From the NCBI RefSeq assembly GCF_000737315.1, contig NZ_JMCB01000002.1, positions 144,001 to 206,000 of the forward strand: a stretch of DNA of 62,000 nucleotides. The letters are read 5' to 3'. Position 1 is the first letter of the stretch, and each line of letters begins with the position of its first letter. Made by a program: the position numbers and the translations under genes. The notes under the pieces were generated by a model. That model was given only the letters and a program-made list of their open reading frames with translations. It was not told the DNA's origin and ran no database searches. Shown here one piece after another: positions 39,562 through 49,784 of this stretch. The stretch is from Hyalangium minutum. Its GTDB lineage: Bacteria > Myxococcota > Myxococcia > Myxococcales > Myxococcaceae.

Positions 39562-40862
39562 GCGGACATCCCCTGAGAGTTGGAGGCGGCACGTGCCGGG
39601 GGAGCGATGAGCGCCTGCCGCACGAGCCGCACGCCCCGTCCCAGCGTGGACAGAACCACCATCGCCGAGAACAGCATGCCGGCCAGGTACGCCAGCACCA
39701 TCACCACGCTCCCGGAGACAGCGACAAGCGCCTCGAGCGGCTCCGTGCTCGCAAACCGGGCCAGGACGGCGCCCAGCAGCTGCGGCAACGACGTCACAAG
39801 GACCCAGGTGGTGCGCGCGGCGAACACCGCGAAGGTGGCGAAGAACACAGTGGACGCCAGCGCATAGACGGCCAGCGCCACCCGGGAGCCCGCGAGGGGC
39901 GGCGGTCCCTTGTCCCGGCGTCCCATCACGAGGGAGGCCGCGCGTGTCAGCACGTTCGCGCCCCAGGCACGCGCCTGGTCGCGCAGGTTGGGCAGGCGGA
40001 ACAGGTCGGAGTAGACCCAATAGCCATCGAAACGGAAGAACGGATTGAGCGTCACGAAGAGTGTGGTCAAGCTGGCGCCCATGAAGGCGGCAATTGCAGC
40101 GCTCTGGGTTGCCAGTTGCACGGGCGCCGCCAGCGCCGTGACGATCAGCTGGAAATAGACCCCGCCGAGGTTGACACGCATCCGGCCTGCGCGCGGCAGC
40201 CGCCACGCCTCGGTGACATTGCAAAACAGCACGGGGAAGACCAGATACAGACCGATTCCAATTTCGGCGGGCTCGGCGCCGGAGTAGCGCGAGGCCGCCG
40301 CGTGCCCGAGCTCATGGAACGCGAGCGCGCTGAACAGCAGGACGTAGAACAGCAGGGCGTCGCCCAGCGTCATGTTGAAGGTGGTGACCGCTACGCGCAC
40401 GCTGCTGAGCTGGTAAGGCGTGGCCAGCAACCACCCGCCCAGCAGCACGGCGCACGCCAGCAGCGTCGTGATGAGCGCTCGCGGCGCGAACAGGAAGGTG
40501 AACGGGGAACAGGCGCGCGCCACGGTCTCAGGACCGGCCAACTGCCGCGCGAAGAACACGTAGGGAGAGTGGTTGCTGGCCGCTGGCGCGGCTTTCTTGT
40601 CGGTGGAGACTAACCCCGCGGGTATCAACTGGGTTTCAATGACCGAGCGCACCTGCTCGGCGGTGAACTTCACGTCGCCTTCATTCAAGCGCGCCACGAT
40701 CGCGTCGAGCGACGACTCGCGCTCCAGACACTCGAGCAGCCGCGCCAGCCTTTCGGAGCCATGAAAGGCGCGGCGCCCGACGAAAATGCAGTACCGGCGG
40801 CCGCTCTGCGGATCATCCGTCTTGGACAAAGACAGTGCGTCGGTCAGGTAGTATCGATCCAA
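39558..40862 (-). CDS. M50/site-2 family membrane zinc peptidase (YydH/EpeP-like) with N-terminal soluble domain
   Basis: HELGH and LNPFFRFDG motifs, F..VTEAW.L, and several TM segments. The start is uncertain; TTG at 40862 is proposed. Confidence 0.8.
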   Translation of the reverse strand: MDRYYLTDALSLSKTDDPQSGRRYCIFVGRRAFHGSERLARLLECLERESSLDAIVARLNEGDVKFTAEQVRSVIETQLIPAGLVSTDKKAAPAASNHSPYVFFARQLAGPETVARACSPFTFLFAPRALITTLLACAVLLGGWLLATPYQLSSVRVAVTTFNMTLGDALLFYVLLFSALAFHELGHAAASRYSGAEPAEIGIGLYLVFPVLFCNVTEAWRLPRAGRMRVNLGGVYFQLIVTALAAPVQLATQSAAIAAFMGASLTTLFVTLNPFFRFDGYWVYSDLFRLPNLRDQARAWGANVLTRAASLVMGRRDKGPPPLAGSRVALAVYALASTVFFATFAVFAARTTWVLVTSLPQLLGAVLARFASTEPLEALVAVSGSVVMVLAYLAGMLFSAMVVLSTLGRGVRLVRQALIAPPARAASNSQGMSA

Positions 40863-41218
40863 GCGGGACTCTGGCTGAGAGGGTCTTGTTCCGACTATAT
40901 AGTAAAAGTTCAGAATAACGCGAATCCAGTTCTGTCGCGGATGGGCTGAGCGCGTAGCACCGCTCGCCGATGCGCCCGACCAGGAACTGCGCCGGCGGCT
41001 TCGCGCTCGTCGCCAGGACACGCCCCCCGCTAGCACCGACGTGCGCGTGCATGTGGAGCAGCCGCGTCGCCTTGGCCGCCACGCTCGCGCTGCAGCTGAC
41101 GTCTCCCTCAGGGCTTGGAGTCGATGACCGCGCCCGCCTGGGCTCCTTGCAGGTGGTGGCGCAGCGGGATCCGAGGTATTAGGTTGGATGTAAGAGACCC
41201 AACCTATTGGGGTAGATT

Positions 41219-41812
41219 ATGGACCTGAAGGCCGTCATCGCGCTCGAGCGGGCAGGCATGGACCCGGCTCACCCGGAGCGCCTGTGGGTGCCCACCGCGC
41301 TCGGCGAGCAGGGCCGGGTGGTGCCCCTGGACCAGGACCTGCCTGTCCCCGTCATGGACGACGGACACCGCGTGGTCTGGCTTCCTCTCGAGCCGTTCTC
41401 CCGGCTCTGGACGGGCTCGGCGGTGGCCCCGGCTCTCTCCCGCGCCTCCCCGCCCGAGTACGAGCCCTTCTTCATCCTCCTTGAGGCCACGGCCGCCGAG
41501 TACTGCGATGCCACCGGTCGTCCCGAGCGCGACAGGGAGTTCGAGCGCCTCTACCGGCAGCTGCGTCGTCGGCCGGACGGCGTGGATCCCAACCCCTTGT
41601 TTTCCTACCTGCGCGCCGCGGCCCGGCTCTACCTCTCCCTGCGGGATGTGAGCCGCGCCGAGTTCGAGTCTGTGGCCGACCGCCTGCGCCTCTCGGCCAG
41701 GACCTTCAGCACCCGGATCGACAGCACCAACTACCACCACTTCGTGCTCGAGGAGTTCTTCCACCCCACGGGACCGCTCCTCACCACGGGCTGGTCGGGA
41801 GGGCTCTCATGA
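41219..41812 (+). CDS. Hypothetical protein
   Basis: 197-aa ORF with good codon bias. Its stop overlaps the next start (ATGA). Confidence 0.7.
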   Translation: MDLKAVIALERAGMDPAHPERLWVPTALGEQGRVVPLDQDLPVPVMDDGHRVVWLPLEPFSRLWTGSAVAPALSRASPPEYEPFFILLEATAAEYCDATGRPERDREFERLYRQLRRRPDGVDPNPLFSYLRAAARLYLSLRDVSRAEFESVADRLRLSARTFSTRIDSTNYHHFVLEEFFHPTGPLLTTGWSGGLS

Positions 41813-42882
41813 GCGAGTACCAGTATTACGAGTTCCGGGCCGTGGACCGGCCGCTCACCCAGCGGGAGCGGGCCGAGCTTCGTGCACTCTCTACCCGCGC
41901 CAACATCTCCGCGTACCACTTCTCCAACGTCTATCACTGGGGCAGTTTCAAGGGCTCCCCGGACGAGATGGTGGAGCGCTACTTCGATGCCCACCTCTAT
42001 GTGGCGAACTGGGGCGAGCGCCGGCTCGTGCTCCGTCTTCCTGCCCGGCGCTTCGACCTGCAGCGCGCCAGGCCCTACCAGGAAGGCCGCCGCACCGCGG
42101 TGCAGAGGAAGGGCGACCACGTCATGCTTCGCTTCGAGCTCGACGAAGCCTGGTCCGAGGACGTCCAGGGGGAAGGGTGGCTCACCTCCCTCCTGCCCCT
42201 TCGCGAGGAGCTTCTCTCGGGAGATCTGCGCTCGCTCTATCTCGGGTGGCTGGCACAGGCCGCGCTGGGGCAGTTGAGTGCGGACGACGAGGAGCCGCCC
42301 GTTCCCCCAGGGCTAGGCTCCCTCTCCTCAGCGCTCACCGCGCTCGCGGACTTCCTGCTCATCCCTCCCGAGCTGTTGGAGGTGGCCGCTCGGACCAGTG
42401 CCGCTGAAAAGCCGGTGCCGCGCGAGGAGTTGGAGACGTGGGTTCAGGCGCTACCCGCGCTGGAAAAGGATGCCCTGCTGGTGCGGTTGATCGACAAGGC
42501 CGGGGTGGCCCCTGGCCGAGTCGCGGAGAAGGCCATTCCTCCCCGGAGGCTGGTGGGCGCACTGCTCCGGGAAGCCGTAGCGCTCCAAAAAGCCAAGGAG
42601 CGGCGGGAACAGGAGCGCCAGGTCGCGGCTCGGGAGAAGGAACTCGAGGCGCTCGCGGCCCAGGGCTCCGCTGCTTGGGGGCGGGTGGATCAGCTCTTCT
42701 CCAGCCGTCGCCCCACGGATCATGCGGCCGGTGTGAGGCTCCTCGTGGACCTGAGAGAGGTCGCGCGCCGGAAGGGGACGGAGGACGCGTTCTCCCGCCG
42801 CTTGGGCCAGCTCCGCGAGCGCAATGCCCGAAGAGCCGGGCTGATCTCCCGCATGGACAAGGAAGGCCTGCACGCACCCTGA
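41809..42882 (+). CDS. Conserved hypothetical protein (MSEYQYYEF-type) next to a SWIM/SNF2 gene
   Basis: Recognisable N-terminus MSEYQYYEFRAVDRPL and LLSGDLRSLYLGWL motif. Confidence 0.75.
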   Translation: MSEYQYYEFRAVDRPLTQRERAELRALSTRANISAYHFSNVYHWGSFKGSPDEMVERYFDAHLYVANWGERRLVLRLPARRFDLQRARPYQEGRRTAVQRKGDHVMLRFELDEAWSEDVQGEGWLTSLLPLREELLSGDLRSLYLGWLAQAALGQLSADDEEPPVPPGLGSLSSALTALADFLLIPPELLEVAARTSAAEKPVPREELETWVQALPALEKDALLVRLIDKAGVAPGRVAEKAIPPRRLVGALLREAVALQKAKERREQERQVAAREKELEALAAQGSAAWGRVDQLFSSRRPTDHAAGVRLLVDLREVARRKGTEDAFSRRLGQLRERNARRAGLISRMDKEGLHAP

Positions 42883-42903
42883 ACTCCCGCCTCGCCTGAA
42901 CGT

Positions 42904-45900
42904 ATGGCTCCTCCAGAGACCGAAACCCATCCCGAATCTTCTTCCCGCCGCGCAGCTCCTCAGCCGCTGGAGCCTCTGCGGAGGTGGCTCACCCGCGACG
43001 CGCTTTATGAGATAGCGGGCCCGCGGATGTACCGCCAGGGCCAGGCATGCCTGGCCCAGCACCGCGTGACTTCCTTCGAGGCACTACCCGACGTCCTCAC
43101 GGGGCAGGTGCTCAACCGCCGGGGACATCCCTACCCAGTCACCATCGGCACGGATGCGGATGGTTTCTCGGCGGAGTGCGAGTGCGAGCCCTTCTGGAAC
43201 GAGGGCTTCTGCAAGCATGCTGTCGCGCTGGGGCTGGCCTTTCTCCAAGCGGGGGGGGCCGTCTCGGAGCGGGCCCGGCCGCCGACCCGGTCCGAGCGGC
43301 CGCAGAGCTCCGAGCACCTTCAGGAGTGGTTGGAGGAGCACCACCTCGCTCATGCCCGGCGCATCCCCCTGGCCGTGGTGGAGCCCTTCCTGGAGCGGGG
43401 CTTCAATGGCACGCCCGGTTTCTATGGACTGGCGCACCTGCCCGTCACCGCGCCCTTGGATGGGTCTCTCGATTTGCGGCGGCAGGTGTTTGGGACCCCC
43501 GCGCAGAACCTGCTGCGCGAGGCCGTCTGGGCCTGGCTGGCTGCTGAGGCCGAGCGGGTTCGCAGGGGACTCGAATCCGAACAGGAGCGCGCCGCGGCGC
43601 CTCGTCCACCGCCCACCGATGTGCGGCTGATTCCCTGGAGAGAGGCGCTCGAGAGAGCCAGGGCGCGGGTGCGAGAGCAGGCCGTGCCTCGCCTGCTGCC
43701 GGGCAAGCCCGACATCACGATGCAAGAGCGCCCCTTGCTCCTCTTCATCGAGGAGCCGGGCAGTCCCTCTGCCGTCTTCGCGGGGAAGGACAGCTGGACG
43801 GGGATGATACGCGTGCGCGTGTCCGTGGATCCTCGCGCGCTGCTCGAGGAGCGGGGAGGGTTGTCCTGCTGGTGCACACCTGGAGGAGAAGCTCGCTGCG
43901 TCCATGTCCTCTCCGCACTTGATGCGTTGCTGGACATGCAGGGGGAGTCGCTCTGGGCCTCGTTCAACTCGAGGCTCGCGGAGCTGCTCTTCGAGCTGCC
44001 CGCCCGAGAGCTGCTCGCGGCTTTCGACAAGGCGGCCACCCAAGCGCCCGCGCAGACTCAAGGCAAGGAGGCCACGCGTGTCAGCTTCCGGCTGGAGGGG
44101 CTCGAACACCGGCAGCCCCACCTCCGCCTCTACACGCACAAGCCTCTGAAGAAGGGTGGCTTCTCCAAGGGAACGCCGGTGAGCTGGCGGAACCGGGAGG
44201 AGGCCCGCGCGCTGCTCTCGGATTCACGAGAGCTGGAGGCATTCGAGTTGGGCGAGCTCATCTCCCGGCTCTATACCTTCTCCGTCGACGGATACTTTCT
44301 GCTGCAGCGCGCGGTGAAGCTGCTGGCGCACAGCTCGCGGCTCTTTGCCGGGTCTCGGCTGGACACGCCCCTGCGGGTGCGGGAGGCGTCCCTCGGCCTC
44401 GCTTTCTCCGAGCGAGCGCCGGGGCTCACGGTCCATCCCGCCATCGACGGTGTCCCTGTGTCCCCTGACGCGCTGATGCCTCCGCCCTCGGGCTCCGAGG
44501 CTCCGCTGCCCTGGCTCCTGTTCGAGCCTGAGCTGCCTCGCCTCACGCTGGTGACGGTTCCGCCCGCGGCCCGTGAGGTGCTCACCAAGATAAAAGAGTA
44601 TGGGACGTGGCTCCCCGAGCATGTACGCCCGGCGGTGCTGCGCAAGCTCACGGAGCTGGAGTCCGCCTGTCCCGTGTTTCTCCCCGAGTCCCTGGAGGCT
44701 CGCCCAGTTCCGCCTGAGCCTGGATTCCTGCTGCGCCTACGGCCCGTGGGTGAGGAGTCGCTGGAAGCAGAGCTCCTCGTGCGGCCCCTTCCGGAGGCAC
44801 CCCCGCAGCATCCGGGTGAAGGCCCGCCCCGCGTGCGCGGCCAGCGCGAAGGAGAGCGGGTGGTGGTGATCCGGGATCTGGAGTCCGAGCGCTCCGCGGC
44901 CCTGACCCTGCGCGAGCGCCTCGGGGTGATGGCCACGGAGGCGCCGGGCTTCTTCCGATTAGAGGAGGCGGAAGCGACGCTCGACTTCCTGGAGCGGCTG
45001 GAGCCGCTGGCGGGGCCCGAGCTGCGTGTCGAGTGGGAGCAGCAGCCCTGGAAGGTCTCCCACGTGCCGGCGGCGCGGCGCTTGAAGGTGGAGGTGCTGC
45101 GCAAGCAGGATTGGTTCGGAGTCGACGGCGGTATGGAGGTGGATGGTGAGCGGGTGGAGCTGTCCGCGTTGCTCGAGGCCCTGCGCCAACGCCGCCGCTT
45201 CGTGCGCCTGAGCCCGGGGCACTTCCTGAGGCTGACCGAGGAGCTGCGGGAGCGCCTCACGCCCCTCTCGGATCTGGCGCATCCCACCCGCGAGGGCTTG
45301 GAGGTGAGCAAAGCCGCGGCACCCGTGCTGGATGCCCTCGCCGAGGCAGGTGTGGAGGTGCAGGCCCCACCCGATTGGCGCCGGCTCTCCACCCGCATTC
45401 GCAAGGCCCAGCAGCGCACCTTGGCGCTCCCCGCCGGTTTGAAGGCGGAGCTGCGCGACTACCAGCGCGAGGGCTTCCTCTGGATGGCCCGGCTCGCGGA
45501 GTGGGGCGGAGGGGCCTGCCTTGCCGATGACATGGGGCTCGGTAAGACGCTGCAGACGTTGGCGCTGCTGCTGCATCGCGCCAAGGCAGGACCTGCGCTC
45601 GTGGTGGCTCCGACTTCCGTCTGCTTCAACTGGGCGGCCGAGGCTGCTCGCTTCACTCCCTCCCTGCGGGTGAAGTCCTACCGCGAGGCGGACCGCGAGC
45701 GGCTCCTCAAGGAGCTGAAGGCGGGGGACGTGCTGCTGATCAGCTATGGGCTCCTCGTTCGCGATGCCGAGCGGCTCGGGCAAGTGGCCTTTGCCACCCT
45801 GGTGGTGGACGAGGCCCAGGCCGCGAAGAACCCAGACACGGCTCGCGCCAAGGCGCTCCGGGGGCTCCAGGCCGAGGCGCGGATCGCGCTCACGGGCACC

Positions 45901-46848
45901 CCCGTGGAGAACCGGCTCTCCGAGCTGTGGAGCTTGTTCCGCATCGTCTTCCCGGGGCTGCTCGGTAGCCGCGAGTCCTTCCGCAAGCGCTTCTCCGAGC
46001 CCATCGAGCGAGAGCGAGACCCTGCCGCCCGCGCCGCGCTCTCCCGCGTGCTGCGTCCTTTTCTTCTGCGCCGCACCAAGGCCGAGGTGGCACGCGAGCT
46101 GCCTCCGCGCATCGAGACGGTCGTCCCAGTCGTGCTCTCGGAAGGGGAACGCCGGCTCTACGAGCAGATGCGGCTCGCGGCGCTCGCTAGCGTCGGTGCT
46201 CATGCGGAGGAGGGCCAGCGCTTCGAGCTGCTGGCGGCCCTCACCCGGCTGCGGCAGCTGGCCTGTCACCCTCGGCTGGGAGATCCGGACTCGACCCTGC
46301 CCTCTTCGAAGCTGGAGCGCCTGCTGGAGCGCGTCGACGAGCTGCGGGCCGAGGGAGGCCGGGCGCTCATCTTCAGCCAGTTCGTCCAATTCCTGGGGCT
46401 GGCCCGGGAGGCGCTAGCGGAGCGCGGGTTCTCCGTGCAGTACCTGGACGGGCAGACGCCCCCCGCCGAGCGGCAAGCCCGAGTGGAGGCCTTCCAGCGC
46501 GGCGAGGGGGATGTCTTCCTGATCTCCCTCAAGGCGGGAGGCACGGGGCTGAACCTCACTGCGGCCGACCATGTCATCCACCTGGACCCCTGGTGGAACC
46601 CGGCGGTGGAGGATCAGGCCACCGATCGCGCGCATCGCATCGGGCAGACCCGCCCCGTCACCGTCTCTCGGCTCGTGTCCCAGGGGACCATCGAGGAGGC
46701 CATCCTCGCGCTCCACGCCGAGAAGCGGGAGTTGGCCTCGAACCTGCTCTCCGAGGCCGATGGCGCCGCCGCCCTCACCCCCGAGCAGCTCCTGAACCTG
46801 CTGCGCTTCAGCTCCGTCCCGGAGGCCGAGCCTGTCCCCGCAACATAA
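42904..46848 (+). CDS. SWIM zinc-finger SNF2-family ATPase/helicase
   Basis: Two SWIM motifs (CECxxxxxxxxCKH and CWCxxxxxxxCVH), LADDMGLGKT, DEAQ, TGTPVEN, SLKAGGTGLNLT and DRAHRIGQ. Confidence 0.93.
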   Translation: MAPPETETHPESSSRRAAPQPLEPLRRWLTRDALYEIAGPRMYRQGQACLAQHRVTSFEALPDVLTGQVLNRRGHPYPVTIGTDADGFSAECECEPFWNEGFCKHAVALGLAFLQAGGAVSERARPPTRSERPQSSEHLQEWLEEHHLAHARRIPLAVVEPFLERGFNGTPGFYGLAHLPVTAPLDGSLDLRRQVFGTPAQNLLREAVWAWLAAEAERVRRGLESEQERAAAPRPPPTDVRLIPWREALERARARVREQAVPRLLPGKPDITMQERPLLLFIEEPGSPSAVFAGKDSWTGMIRVRVSVDPRALLEERGGLSCWCTPGGEARCVHVLSALDALLDMQGESLWASFNSRLAELLFELPARELLAAFDKAATQAPAQTQGKEATRVSFRLEGLEHRQPHLRLYTHKPLKKGGFSKGTPVSWRNREEARALLSDSRELEAFELGELISRLYTFSVDGYFLLQRAVKLLAHSSRLFAGSRLDTPLRVREASLGLAFSERAPGLTVHPAIDGVPVSPDALMPPPSGSEAPLPWLLFEPELPRLTLVTVPPAAREVLTKIKEYGTWLPEHVRPAVLRKLTELESACPVFLPESLEARPVPPEPGFLLRLRPVGEESLEAELLVRPLPEAPPQHPGEGPPRVRGQREGERVVVIRDLESERSAALTLRERLGVMATEAPGFFRLEEAEATLDFLERLEPLAGPELRVEWEQQPWKVSHVPAARRLKVEVLRKQDWFGVDGGMEVDGERVELSALLEALRQRRRFVRLSPGHFLRLTEELRERLTPLSDLAHPTREGLEVSKAAAPVLDALAEAGVEVQAPPDWRRLSTRIRKAQQRTLALPAGLKAELRDYQREGFLWMARLAEWGGGACLADDMGLGKTLQTLALLLHRAKAGPALVVAPTSVCFNWAAEAARFTPSLRVKSYREADRERLLKELKAGDVLLISYGLLVRDAERLGQVAFATLVVDEAQAAKNPDTARAKALRGLQAEARIALTGTPVENRLSELWSLFRIVFPGLLGSRESFRKRFSEPIERERDPAARAALSRVLRPFLLRRTKAEVARELPPRIETVVPVVLSEGERRLYEQMRLAALASVGAHAEEGQRFELLAALTRLRQLACHPRLGDPDSTLPSSKLERLLERVDELRAEGGRALIFSQFVQFLGLAREALAERGFSVQYLDGQTPPAERQARVEAFQRGEGDVFLISLKAGGTGLNLTAADHVIHLDPWWNPAVEDQATDRAHRIGQTRPVTVSRLVSQGTIEEAILALHAEKRELASNLLSEADGAAALTPEQLLNLLRFSSVPEAEPVPAT

Positions 46849-46944
46849 GAGAGGGATGTAACAGGTCGAGCCATCCGCCCCAACTCCTGGGAATATGCGC
46901 GCCGACTTCGAGTTCGGCACGTTTGTCAGCCAAGGGAGAGGTGG

Positions 46945-48324
46945 ATGCACCGTCAACAGTGGCTCATCATGGGGTTGGCGCTCTTGGTGGGCTCGGCCGC
47001 AGGAGCACAGGGCCGGTCCGGGAAGAGCGAGCAATCCCGGCTCGGTGCAGGCATCGAGGCCAAGACGCTGAAAAATGGACTGAAGATCATCGTCTGGCCG
47101 GACCACGACATCCCCAACGTGGCCCTCTACAACTTCTTCCGCGTCGGCAGCCGCAACGAGCGCCCCGGCATCACCGGCTTGTCCCACTTCTTCGAGCACA
47201 TGATGTTCAACGGCGCAAAGAAGTACGGCCCTGGCCAGTTCGACTCCGTCATGGAGGCCGCGGGCGGCAGCAACAACGCCACCACGTCCGAGGACACCAC
47301 CCTCTATATGGATTGGTTCCCTCGCTCGGCGCTGGAGACCATCTTCGACCTCGAGGGAGACCGGCTGGCGAACCTGGCCTTCGATCCGAAGATCATCGAG
47401 AGCGAGCGCGGGGTGGTCTACTCGGAGCGGCGCTCGGGGGTGGACAACGACAACACAGGGGCGCTGCTGGAGCAGGTGCAGGCGACGGCGTACGTCGCGC
47501 ATCCGTACCAGTTCCCCGTCATTGGCTGGCCCTCGGACATCGAATCCTGGCGCATGGAGGACCTGCAGCGCTTCTTCCAGACGTACTACGCACCCAATAA
47601 CGCCACGTTGGTGGTGGTGGGCGCGGTGACGCCTGCGGAAGTGTTTGCGCTGGCGGAGAAGCACTTGGGCGCCATCCCCTCTCAGCCGCCGCCCGAGCCG
47701 GTGCGCACCAAGGAGCCCGAGCAGCAGGGCGAGAAGCGCGTGGTGGTGCGCCGCTCGGCCCAGGCCCCGTTGTTCCAGGTGGCCTACCACGCGGTGGACG
47801 CGAAGGATCCAGACCTCGCCGCGTTGGAACTGCTGATGAACATCCTGGCGGAGGGAGAGTCTTCGCGGCTCCACCGGCGGCTGGTGGAAGAGGAGCGGGT
47901 GGCCATCCACGTGGGCAGCCTCTTCAACACCACGTTTGATCCGTCCCTCGCGTTGTTCCTGGTGGACCTGCCGCCGGGCGGAGACGTGGGCCGGGTGGAG
48001 AAGCTGTTCGGCGAGGAGCTGGAGAAGGTCCGCGCGCAGGGCGTCACCGACGCGGAGCTGCGCAAGGCCAAGAACACCACCGTGGCGGACTTCTGGCGCG
48101 GAATGGAGACGAACAATCACCGGGCGCACTTGCTGGGCACCTATGAGGTCTTCCACGGCGACTGGCGTCGGCTGTTCGATGCGCCTGCCCGCTACGAGCA
48201 GGTGACGCGGGAGCAGATTCGCAAGGTGGCTGGGCGCATCTTCGACTCGAACCACCGCACGGTGGGAGTGCTGTTACCCACGGAGGGAGCCGAAGCTCCG
48301 GCAGGGAAGGAGGCGGGACGATGA
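46945..48324 (+). CDS. M16 family zinc protease, active subunit
   Basis: Signal peptide, HFFEH (HxxEH) and [10 protein letters not shown] motifs. Confidence 0.92.
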   Translation: MHRQQWLIMGLALLVGSAAGAQGRSGKSEQSRLGAGIEAKTLKNGLKIIVWPDHDIPNVALYNFFRVGSRNERPGITGLSHFFEHMMFNGAKKYGPGQFDSVMEAAGGSNNATTSEDTTLYMDWFPRSALETIFDLEGDRLANLAFDPKIIESERGVVYSERRSGVDNDNTGALLEQVQATAYVAHPYQFPVIGWPSDIESWRMEDLQRFFQTYYAPNNATLVVVGAVTPAEVFALAEKHLGAIPSQPPPEPVRTKEPEQQGEKRVVVRRSAQAPLFQVAYHAVDAKDPDLAALELLMNILAEGESSRLHRRLVEEERVAIHVGSLFNTTFDPSLALFLVDLPPGGDVGRVEKLFGEELEKVRAQGVTDAELRKAKNTTVADFWRGMETNNHRAHLLGTYEVFHGDWRRLFDAPARYEQVTREQIRKVAGRIFDSNHRTVGVLLPTEGAEAPAGKEAGR

Positions 48325-49760
48325 GCGGCAAGGTGGCTCAGGCAGCGCTCGCGGCGCTGCTGGTGACGACCGTGGCGGGAGCCCAGGGAGCAAAGCCCGC
48401 GGAGCCGGCGAAGGCGCAGGGCGTGCAGTTGCCCAAGGCGACGGTGATCGAGCTGAAGAACGGAACCCGGCTCATCCTTGCGGAGAAGCACGGCGTGCCG
48501 CTCGTCTCCTTCAGCGCGTGGCTGCGTGGGGGAAGCCTGGGCGAGCCCCAGGGCAAGGAGGGCCTGGCGTGGCTCACCGGGGAGCTGCTGCTCAAGGGGG
48601 CCGGGAAGCGCAACGCCCAGCAGTTCGCGGAGACGGTGGATGGCGTGGGCGCCGATTTCAACGTGTCGGCGACGCGCGAGGCGCTGCTGGTGGATGGGCA
48701 GTTCCTGGCGCGGGACATCCCGCTGATGGTGGAGCTGCTCTCGGATGTGTTGATGCGGCCCCGCTTCGAGCCGGGCGAGTTCGACAAGATGCGGGACCGG
48801 ATGGTCTCCGAGATCGCCGCGGCGAAGGACGGGGATCCGCGGGGCCTCATGGGCTTCTATTTCCTCGCCTTCCACTTCGCGGGCCACCCCTACGGGCGGC
48901 CAGTGATTGGCAGCGAGGCCTCGATTGCCACGCTCACGCGCGATGACGTGCAGGGGTACGCGAAGGCCCAGCTGGGGGGGGATCGCCTCATCCTCAGCGT
49001 GGTGGGGGACTTCGACACGAAGCAGCTGGCCAGCCGGTTGGAGGCCGCCCTCGGAGGTTGGGCCAAGGCTCCGGCTCCGGCTCCCGTGGTGCCGCCCACG
49101 GCCCCGGTCAAGGGCAGGCGTGTGTTGCTGGTGGACAAGCCGGACGCCACCCAGACGTACTTCTGGATCGGCAACACGGGCATCGCGCGCAATGACCCGG
49201 ACCGGGTCGACGTGACGCTGGCCAACACGCTGCTCGGCGGGCGTTTCACCTCGCTGCTGAACACGGAGCTGCGCGTGAAGACGGGCCTGAGCTACGGCGC
49301 CAACTCCCTGGTGATGAAAGAGACGCAGCCGGGCGTGGTGGCGATCTCCTCCTACACCAAGACGGAGTCCACGGGCCGGGCCATCGACCTGGCGCTGGAG
49401 GTGCTCAACCGCTACCGGCGCGAGGGCATGGATGACGCGGTGCTCGCCTCCACCCGGTCCTTCGTCCTGGGCCAGTTCCCGCCCACGCTCGAGACGAGCG
49501 CCCAAGTGGCCATGAAGCTGTCGGAGCTGGCCTTCTATGGGCTTGATGGCCGGGACGTGGACAACTTCGCCGCGGACGTGATGGGCGCCAGCCGCGAGCA
49601 CATCCACCAGGTGATGCAGCGCGTGCTGCCGGCACCGGAGGACCTGACCCTCGTGCTCATTGGCAAGGCGTCCGCCATCCGCGAGGCCGCCCGCCGCTAT
49701 GGGCCCGTGACGGAGATGAAGCTGTCCGACAAGACCTTCGCGCCCGCGCCCAAGCGCTGA
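48321..49760 (+). CDS. M16 family protease, non-catalytic partner subunit
   Basis: M16 fold motifs ([16 protein letters not shown]) but no HxxEH. ATGA coupling to the upstream gene. Confidence 0.88.
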   Translation: MSGKVAQAALAALLVTTVAGAQGAKPAEPAKAQGVQLPKATVIELKNGTRLILAEKHGVPLVSFSAWLRGGSLGEPQGKEGLAWLTGELLLKGAGKRNAQQFAETVDGVGADFNVSATREALLVDGQFLARDIPLMVELLSDVLMRPRFEPGEFDKMRDRMVSEIAAAKDGDPRGLMGFYFLAFHFAGHPYGRPVIGSEASIATLTRDDVQGYAKAQLGGDRLILSVVGDFDTKQLASRLEAALGGWAKAPAPAPVVPPTAPVKGRRVLLVDKPDATQTYFWIGNTGIARNDPDRVDVTLANTLLGGRFTSLLNTELRVKTGLSYGANSLVMKETQPGVVAISSYTKTESTGRAIDLALEVLNRYRREGMDDAVLASTRSFVLGQFPPTLETSAQVAMKLSELAFYGLDGRDVDNFAADVMGASREHIHQVMQRVLPAPEDLTLVLIGKASAIREAARRYGPVTEMKLSDKTFAPAPKR

Positions 49761-49784
49761 GGCTCGCTGGGACGGCAAGGTCCG

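Noticed and set aside
39562-40224. Apparent 220-aa N-terminal extension of the acyltransferase (ORF 38401..40224)
   Set aside because: It is an off-frame overlap with the M50 peptidase gene. The real start is the ATG at 39561, coupled to the peptidase stop.
40930-41182. Short ORFs between the peptide cluster and the SWIM operon, considered as a transposase/integrase remnant or second precursor
   Set aside because: No recognisable motif, RBS or leader similarity in any frame I read.
38030-46900. Duplicated tRNA-Phe 3' end (attR) marking an island boundary
   Set aside because: I looked for TTCGATTCCGCCCCTGGGCA-like sequence downstream and did not see it. No integrase is present in the window.
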